Part shown: positions 58,137-64,000 of the stretch, one piece after another
How the letters are laid out: the number at the start of each line of letters is the position of its first letter
How positions within the stretch are numbered: the stretch's first letter is position 1
Source: a virus
Length of the DNA: 64,000 nucleotides
Direction: 5' to 3' (one strand)
IMG/VR virus record: IMGVR_UViG_3300035698_011651
Coordinates: 2,749 to 66,748 of that record
Notes under the pieces: generated by a model
Database searches by the model: none
Seen by the model: only the letters and a program-made list of their open reading frames with translations
Told to the model about the DNA's origin: nothing
Translations under genes and position numbers: made by a program

Positions 58137-58772
58137 ATGGAAGCAAAAGAAGCTTGGGAAAATATGACTAAACTATCAGCTGAGCCAGTCCCGGTGGCAA
58201 AGGCCCCACCCGTAGCCCTCAACCAAATTGGAGGAGTTCAGCTTCCTGGAACTGTCTCACCTGGCGTGCAGCCCCGAGTTCCCGCTGCGGTTTCTCAGCC
58301 TCAAGTTCCCGCTGCGGTTCCTCAGCCTCAAGTTCCCGCTACGGCCAGACAGCTAGCCCCTGCGCAGGCCAAAAAGACTGATTGGTGGGGTGATATAAGC
58401 AAAACTTTCAGCAGTATGCCAGCGTGGCAGCGGGCCCTGTTGGTAGGTACCGGAACCGGCGTTGGTGGATCTTTGCTTTCTTCACTATTTGGCGGCGGCG
58501 GCGGAGATCGTTCCCGCGGGGGCGGCGGTGGTATGTCTCTTAGCAGCCTTTTACTTCCATTATTGGCTGGCGGCGGCTATTATGCATCTACTTTAGGTGG
58601 CAAGAAGAAGCCGGCTCCTGTAGCTAAACCTGCACCTAAGCCACCTATTGCTGGCGGCGGCTATTATGCATCTACTTTAGGTGGCAAGAGGAAGCCGGCT
58701 CCTGTAGCTAAACCTGCACCTAAGCCACCTATTGCTGGCGGAGGTTGTAGTGGCGCCTCTGGCGGGTTCTAA
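58137..58772 (+). CDS. Gly/Pro-rich protein with tandem repeats
   Basis: AAGGAG RBS; Gly-rich hydrophobic segments. Confidence 0.7.
   Translation: MEAKEAWENMTKLSAEPVPVAKAPPVALNQIGGVQLPGTVSPGVQPRVPAAVSQPQVPAAVPQPQVPATARQLAPAQAKKTDWWGDISKTFSSMPAWQRALLVGTGTGVGGSLLSSLFGGGGGDRSRGGGGGMSLSSLLLPLLAGGGYYASTLGGKKKPAPVAKPAPKPPIAGGGYYASTLGGKRKPAPVAKPAPKPPIAGGGCSGASGGF
58566..58741 (+). repeat. 84-bp tandem duplication, about 2.1 copies (mirror 2512..2687)
   Basis: AGGGYYASTLGGK[K/R]KPAPVAKPAPKPPI x2 with one nucleotide mismatch. Confidence 0.9.
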
Positions 58773-58814
58773 TATATTAATCTATTTTATTGATTTACAG
58801 ATAAGGAGTTTACA

Positions 58815-59183
58815 ATGGCTGACAAAGGAAAGTATTCAAAGTGGGGTCTTGTTGGGACTGACGTAAAGAACGTTGTTCCGGCTGGCCGTAACGCCTATGT
58901 TAACAATAAGTCGGCGGATAGAGCGGCTGAGTGGCGTGAGTGCACCCCTGGCGATCCTAATCGTGGAACTATTAGGCGTGGCCGCGCGGCCTGGGCTACA
59001 GGGCCTGATGACATACAACCGATAGAGTCTTCTTCAGTAAGTTCATTGGAGTCATCTTCTTCAATAAATTCATCGGAGTCGTCTGAGAGCAGTGAATCGT
59101 CATTGCAGCCGGAGTCGTCAGAAAGCAGTGAGTCGTCAGAAAGCAGTGAGTCATCTGAAAGCTCAAGTAGTTCATCTTCTTGA
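58815..59183 (+). CDS. small protein with (SSE)n tail
   Basis: AAGGAG RBS; Ser/Glu low-complexity C-terminus. Confidence 0.7.
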   Translation: MADKGKYSKWGLVGTDVKNVVPAGRNAYVNNKSADRAAEWRECTPGDPNRGTIRRGRAAWATGPDDIQPIESSSVSSLESSSSINSSESSESSESSLQPESSESSESSESSESSESSSSSSS

Positions 59184-59250
59184 TTGCAATCTTTTAAGTC
59201 TTCAAGCAGCTTGAACAGCTTATGAAGGCAATAACCTTGTAGGAGGCGTC

Positions 59251-59832
59251 ATGACTACCAGTAAATCTAGGAGTGGGTGTATATACAAGAAGTCAGGCAT
59301 TGGTGATATCCTCCGTATGATGAGCCGAGGGTCCCGTAAGATCCGTAAGAATCCGTTGGTAAGGCTAACAGCCCCTACTGCAGCGGCCACTACAGCTATG
59401 AGTATACCAGCTGCTTTGGGTGCTAGACATTTAATGAGTGGGCCGACTGGTACTTCTTCTAAGCCCCCCAAGTTTAGTCCAATGACTATCACGGGCGGGG
59501 GTACTCCTCCAGCAGCTAAAGTAACTAAACCAGCGCCTGCGCCCGCGCCCGCGCCTGCAGCTAAGAAGCCTGCAGCTAAGAGGCCTGTTGCTGAAGGCGT
59601 AATGGGGGCAGCTAATTCAGTGACATCACCATTATTGGCTGCCTTGAGAGGTCTGTCACCCTTGGCAGCCTCTGCAGTTTCGCCCACAGCAGTTAGTAAG
59701 CCAAAAGCTAAGCCCGTGGCCCCAGCTATTGCAGCTGGTGCGGCTACGGCAGCTGGCGCGGCCGGTGGCGCTATTGGCGCAGCAAGTCCCAAGAAAAAGA
59801 AAGCCCCTGTAGTTCCAGCTGCAAAGCGTTGA
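59251..59832 (+). CDS. basic Ala/Pro/Lys-rich protein
   Basis: AGGAGG RBS. Confidence 0.7.
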   Translation: MTTSKSRSGCIYKKSGIGDILRMMSRGSRKIRKNPLVRLTAPTAAATTAMSIPAALGARHLMSGPTGTSSKPPKFSPMTITGGGTPPAAKVTKPAPAPAPAPAAKKPAAKRPVAEGVMGAANSVTSPLLAALRGLSPLAASAVSPTAVSKPKAKPVAPAIAAGAATAAGAAGGAIGAASPKKKKAPVVPAAKR

Positions 59833-59854
59833 TCATGTATACGGAGGTTATATA

Positions 59855-60616
59855 GTGTCTGCTGACGTCGTACAACCAAAGGCTCAGGCTAAACCAGCTG
59901 GGATGATAAATCTGCTTAATAAGTATTTCCAGGCAACTGGTTTTAAGAGAGGCTTCTGGCCTAAGGGTATTCCTACTGGAGTACTGCCAGGGGCTATTGG
60001 TCAGTCTGCATTGGGAGCAGGTATGGGGTCTATGGTTGCTGCCCCACTATTAAACGCTTTATTCCCCAATAGGTTTGACCCAAGGCGGTTACGTATTGGT
60101 CTTGGCTTGGGCGGGGCATTGCTTGGTGGCTTAGCTGCCTGGCCTGCTATCAGCTCAGCGCGGAAGCATAAGGAGCCGTTATACAGTACAACTGGAGATG
60201 CTTATCCGTTCACCAAGGCCCCCGCGGCTCCTGCTGTTAAAGCCCAAGTTACTACTACGCAGGAGAAGGAGGGTGGTTTTGGCGCTCTGCCATCGTTACC
60301 ATCTGGCAACATGCCACCTATAGGTATTGCGCAGGCGCAAGGTACTATATATGCCGATCCAGCTATGAGTGTTAGCGAGAAGGTACGTACTCTGGGTTAC
60401 ATGAGCCGGGCCACTCATGGTCAGGACTCAGGGCTGCTTAGTAATCCAGGCCGTAAGTTGTTTGGGGGAATGCTTGGGGCTGGGTTAGGTTATGGCGCTG
60501 CTGCTATGGGCAGCAAAGTTATGGGAGCGGTATTTGGTTTGAGGCCACAGGCTCAGTCTACTTTATCAAGGATTGGAGCTGTTGCCGGCTTACTACGTGG
60601 AGCAGGAGTGATATGA
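59855..60616 (+). CDS. Gly-zipper putative virion protein
   Basis: GGAGGT RBS, GTG start; GxxxG helices; EKEG motif. Confidence 0.7.
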   Translation: MSADVVQPKAQAKPAGMINLLNKYFQATGFKRGFWPKGIPTGVLPGAIGQSALGAGMGSMVAAPLLNALFPNRFDPRRLRIGLGLGGALLGGLAAWPAISSARKHKEPLYSTTGDAYPFTKAPAAPAVKAQVTTTQEKEGGFGALPSLPSGNMPPIGIAQAQGTIYADPAMSVSEKVRTLGYMSRATHGQDSGLLSNPGRKLFGGMLGAGLGYGAAAMGSKVMGAVFGLRPQAQSTLSRIGAVAGLLRGAGVI

Positions 60617-60990
60617 TGGATAGACGAGATGCATTCCGGGTTGGATATTACACAAAGGTTGCCGAGCTTGGGCACACTCCAGCGACATTCCGCAAGTTAG
60701 CAGAGGGTGGTATTGCTGCTGAGGCATTACGTGGTGTCAAGAGTTTGGGTTCGTATGGGCTGTTATTGGGCTTAGGTGTTCCCATGCTTGGCGGTATATA
60801 CACTGGTAAGGCGCATTCTATGATGAATGATGTAACGCCTACGGATGTTGAGGCAATGAAGCGTAATGAGCTTATCTCTGAGTACAAGAGGCAGGCTAAG
60901 CGTATTACGCAGCGTAGTGAGCAACGCAATTGGCGTAAGTTGTTTAAACGTAAGCAGGAAGCCCAGAAGGAGGAGGATCTTTATGCATGA
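60613..60990 (+). CDS. Gly-rich putative virion protein
   Basis: AGGAG RBS; KVAELG and RKLA motifs. Confidence 0.7.
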   Translation: MMDRRDAFRVGYYTKVAELGHTPATFRKLAEGGIAAEALRGVKSLGSYGLLLGLGVPMLGGIYTGKAHSMMNDVTPTDVEAMKRNELISEYKRQAKRITQRSEQRNWRKLFKRKQEAQKEEDLYA

Positions 60991-61342
60991 GCAAGAAGAG
61001 GGAGTTCTTGGTCAACAGGTATTTCCAGGTATTGATGGTATTCCTTATAGGACACGTAATGGTGTACCGAATCTGAAGCATGACGATCCGGAGAAGAAGA
61101 AGCCGGTTACAGTAGTGGATATGCATGTCGATCAGTTAGATATGTCTATCTCTGATGATGCGAAGAAGTTACAACATATTTTGAATCTTTGTTCCCGGAG
61201 TAAAGGTTACGTATCTAAACAGCTCGAGACTTATGATCCTGGTATTAAGAGCTGGCGGGTACTATTAGTCTGGGGCGAGTTCTTTCTTGAAGACCCAGCG
61301 GAGGCACAAGACGATGCCGGACATAGAAGAATCTACCACTAA
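60983..61342 (+). CDS. hypothetical protein
   Basis: GGAGGAGG RBS before ATG 60983. Confidence 0.7.
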   Translation: MHEQEEGVLGQQVFPGIDGIPYRTRNGVPNLKHDDPEKKKPVTVVDMHVDQLDMSISDDAKKLQHILNLCSRSKGYVSKQLETYDPGIKSWRVLLVWGEFFLEDPAEAQDDAGHRRIYH

Positions 61343-62621
61343 TCCTGGATGGGATCAGGCGAAGGCTCAAGCGCTTCGTCTTGCTTTAGCTGGTGTAGCT
61401 TTTGGTGGTGGCGCCAGTATGTTTAAGGAGCTCATGCGTAGGATAAACCGACTACAGGCCGGGTCTGCATTCATGGGTGCTCCGGACAACACCGTTAAGC
61501 TCACCCTCCCTAATACTAGGAGTCGGTATAAGCGTGCTGCTGACGAGGCTAAGGCTAGTGACGCCGCGGCTATTGCTCCAGCTAAGACTACACCGGCGGT
61601 GCCTGTACCTCAGTCTAGTGTGGGTCATTTCCTTGAGTCTTCACCGTGGGCACTGCCCATGTTGTTAGGTGGGGGCAGTCTTGGGGCTTATGGCGGGTAT
61701 AAGGGTATGGAGTGGGTTATGTCTCAGTTGCGTGAGCGTGAGAACAAGCAGGAGCTTGCTTCTGCGCAGGCTGAGTTTGAGCGCGCTCTTCAGTCCAGTC
61801 ATTTGAAGAGGGGTTCTTTTGATCCTGACACTCTTTATGATGAGTTTGAGAAGTGTGCTGATTGGGCTGACTGGATTAAGTCAAAGGTCAGGTGGCGGGG
61901 TATGCCATCTCTTGCTAGTCCTTCTGTAGCTGCTGGCGGTGCTTTAGCTGGTGGCGGTCTTATTTGGCTGCTTACGCACATGATGGCTAAGAATTACTTT
62001 GGTAGTAAGGATCCGGAGAGGGCTAAGATTGAGGCGCTCAAGAAGCTACGGCAGCTTAGGAATGCTCAGCGGCTCGCTCCTATACCATTTGAGATGCCTG
62101 GCGAGGAGTTAGCTGAGTTGGAGGCGGAGGGCGCTACACCGCTTGAGATGCCTGGCGAGGAGTTAGCTGAGTTGGAGGCGGAGGGCGCTACACCGCCCCC
62201 TTTCACGCAGCCCCCCTTGAGTAAGGATGGGGGTTGGCTAGATGATATAAAGGGCCAGGGCATGAAAGCGTATCAGAAGGTCACAGGTACTAACCCTAAC
62301 ACCATGATACGGGACAAGTTACAAGCGGGCGTACAGAATCTCGATTCAAGTAAGCTTGTTGATTCCATAGTTAATCAGTCCCAGCCTGCTGCTTCTACAT
62401 TTGATGAGGGTGTAGCTGGCGGTGTGAGTACTGGTATTGGTCAGCACATGCAGCAGAACCCTAGTAGCACTTGGCAGAACTTTAGTTCTCCGGTTGCTCC
62501 TGCTATTATGAGTAGTTTACTTGGTTACCAGAAGGGTGGTATGAGTGGTGCGATGGAGGGTGGTGCGCAGGGTTTCCAGGGTGCTGGTGGTTTTGGCGCT
62601 CTTATGGGGGGCATGAAATGA
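61314..62621 (+). CDS. Gly/Ala-rich putative virion protein
   Basis: GGAGG RBS; several Gly-rich hydrophobic helices separated by KRAA, EKCA and KDG motifs. Confidence 0.75.
   Translation: MPDIEESTTNPGWDQAKAQALRLALAGVAFGGGASMFKELMRRINRLQAGSAFMGAPDNTVKLTLPNTRSRYKRAADEAKASDAAAIAPAKTTPAVPVPQSSVGHFLESSPWALPMLLGGGSLGAYGGYKGMEWVMSQLRERENKQELASAQAEFERALQSSHLKRGSFDPDTLYDEFEKCADWADWIKSKVRWRGMPSLASPSVAAGGALAGGGLIWLLTHMMAKNYFGSKDPERAKIEALKKLRQLRNAQRLAPIPFEMPGEELAELEAEGATPLEMPGEELAELEAEGATPPPFTQPPLSKDGGWLDDIKGQGMKAYQKVTGTNPNTMIRDKLQAGVQNLDSSKLVDSIVNQSQPAASTFDEGVAGGVSTGIGQHMQQNPSSTWQNFSSPVAPAIMSSLLGYQKGGMSGAMEGGAQGFQGAGGFGALMGGMK
62089..62196 (+). repeat. 54-bp perfect tandem duplication
   Basis: EMPGEELAELEAEGATP x2. 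Confidence 0.9.
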
Positions 62622-63199
62622 CTGCTCAGTTAGACGGTTCTACTCCCACGACTACTCCGCCTAAAAGTACTGGTATGTTTGACATGGATCCTACTATTAG
62701 GACCAGCGTTACTCAGGCTGCTAATGATGTATCTGGTGATCGTAACTTTGGCAAGCAGTTGGGTGAGCAGCTTACTACTAAGCTCAAGAGTGAGGGAGCT
62801 GATTTACAGGGTCGTTTAGCTGGTCTTATTAATAAGCGTATGAGTGATTGGACCACTAGTATGCCTAATTGGGCGCAGCCACTTGCTTCTACGATGTTTA
62901 AGGCAGGCACTGCTTGGGACAAGGATCCTAATTTTGGCCAGCAGATAGGTCAGACTATTGCCAAGCCTGGTTCTCCTTTTGCTGAGGGCGTATCTGGGGA
63001 GTTATCTTCTCTTATTACTCCGGAGAACCTTTCTGGGGTGATTAATAAGACTCAGTTCACTGGTCCCGCCAAGTCTATGCTTAATTTCATGGGTACTGGG
63101 AATCTAAGTGGCAAGGGCGGTCTTATGTCTGATATCTTTGGTAAGGATTACTGGGGCGCTATTACGGGGGAACAAGATGCAACTAAACCCACAGCTTAA
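62618..63199 (+). CDS. hypothetical protein
   Basis: ATGA overlap. Confidence 0.7.
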   Translation: MTAQLDGSTPTTTPPKSTGMFDMDPTIRTSVTQAANDVSGDRNFGKQLGEQLTTKLKSEGADLQGRLAGLINKRMSDWTTSMPNWAQPLASTMFKAGTAWDKDPNFGQQIGQTIAKPGSPFAEGVSGELSSLITPENLSGVINKTQFTGPAKSMLNFMGTGNLSGKGGLMSDIFGKDYWGAITGEQDATKPTA

Positions 63200-64000
63200 A
63201 CAGCCGGTAACATTCCGTAAGTTCAATGACCCAACTAAGATGCGGCAGATGATCTTTGATAATGTATTGGCATCTACTAAGGCCAGGTACCCTATGGAGA
63301 ACGAAAGGTACCGCCTGGAGCTCACAGACGTCCGTTACGACAAGCCTAAAGACTTTAGTCTCAAGGACCAGAAGTTGGCGTTGCTTTCAAGGAGAAGCCT
63401 GTACTGGCGACTACAGGGTACCTGGAAGCTCGTTGATAAGGCTACTGATGAAACAGTGGATAGTCGTAAGGCCACGGTAGCTAACGTACCATATATGACT
63501 CAGCGTGGTACATTCATCAATAAGGGGTCTGAGTACACTGTTGCTAACCAGATGAGGTTACGGCCGGGTGTATATGCCAGGAAGAAAGACAACGGGGACT
63601 TAGAGGCGCACTTCAATATCATGCCAGGGAGTGGTCGTTCATTCAGAATACACATGGATCCAGAGACCGGAGTGTTCAAAATGGGGGTAGGAAACGCTCA
63701 TCTCCCCTTGTACCCGATTCTTAAGGGAATTGGTTTATCTGACAATGACTTACAAGATTATTGGGGTAAGGATTTGCTCAATGCAAATAGGCAAAAGGTG
63801 GACAATTCCGCTATGGGTAATGCTTATAAGAAGTTTGTTGGTGGGACTGACACAGAGGGAGTGGCGCAGGTGAAGGCGCTGCAGGAGGCATTTAGTAAGA
63901 TGGGATTGGATCCAGACGTTGTTGATAGGTCCCTGGGTGGGTTTATTAAACCGGCTGTTGTACCTCCTGTTAGTGGGGGTGGGGCTCTTCCTACGCAGCC
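63177..64000 (+). CDS. rpoB: multi-subunit RNA polymerase beta-like subunit, N-terminal part (truncated by window edge)
   Basis: Manual translation, open to the end: MQLNPQ...VANVPYMTQRGTFINKGSEYTVANQMRLRPGVY matches RpoB region PxMTxxGTFxING.E...Q..RSPGV. Confidence 0.85.
   Translation, partial: MQLNPQLKQPVTFRKFNDPTKMRQMIFDNVLASTKARYPMENERYRLELTDVRYDKPKDFSLKDQKLALLSRRSLYWRLQGTWKLVDKATDETVDSRKATVANVPYMTQRGTFINKGSEYTVANQMRLRPGVYARKKDNGDLEAHFNIMPGSGRSFRIHMDPETGVFKMGVGNAHLPLYPILKGIGLSDNDLQDYWGKDLLNANRQKVDNSAMGNAYKKFVGGTDTEGVAQVKALQEAFSKMGLDPDVVDRSLGGFIKPAVVPPVSGGGALPTQ

Larger units (their letters stand above)
1..61252. repeat. Giant inverted repeat with 30,626-bp arms, no spacer, axis 30626/30627
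   Basis: Every ORF has an identical mirror with coordinates summing to 61253. Spot checks at the ends (1-10 vs 61243-61252), at 2041/59212 and at the centre are exact. Not checked base by base. Confidence 0.98.

Noticed and set aside
58566-58741. CRISPR array
   Set aside because: The repeats are contiguous, in-frame and coding, with no unique spacers. No array or cas genes were seen in the window.
63256-63480. 74-aa ORF in the track
   Set aside because: It lies out of frame inside the RpoB-like gene.
30712-64000. Stop-codon reassignment
   Set aside because: Genes tile densely under code 11, and TAA, TAG and TGA all end genes just before the next RBS.
30627-64000. Eukaryotic giant virus (hairpin ends plus RNAP)
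   Set aside because: Shine-Dalgarno sites, sigma70-like promoters, intrinsic terminators, coupled operons and a portal-like gene point to a bacterial virus.

Overview
Bases 1-61252 form one spacer-less inverted repeat: base x pairs with 61253-x and the axis is TTTAAT|ATTAAA at 30626/30627. Only about 33.4 kb (30627-64000) is unique. It reads as a large tailed-phage genome segment with all genes on one strand, pointing away from the axis. Order from the axis: a sigma70-like promoter about 20 bp from the tip; an unknown 310-aa protein with a faint telomere-resolvase-like motif layout; early-type hypotheticals and DUF932; an LptC-like protein with two glycosyltransferases, a radical SAM/SPASM enzyme and two methyltransferases; a DEDDh exonuclease, RuvC and two apparently inactivated enzymes; a probable portal; a tubulin/FtsZ-superfamily GTPase; Gly-rich virion-like proteins sharing a K-x-A/G motif; and the N-terminus of an RNA polymerase beta-like subunit (missing from the ORF track) running off the right edge. 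Best hypothesis: the hairpin telomere of a linear, RNAP- and tubulin-encoding jumbo phage. A fold-back artefact from MDA, long reads or assembly cannot be excluded from sequence alone. All family calls come from motif recognition, not database searches.
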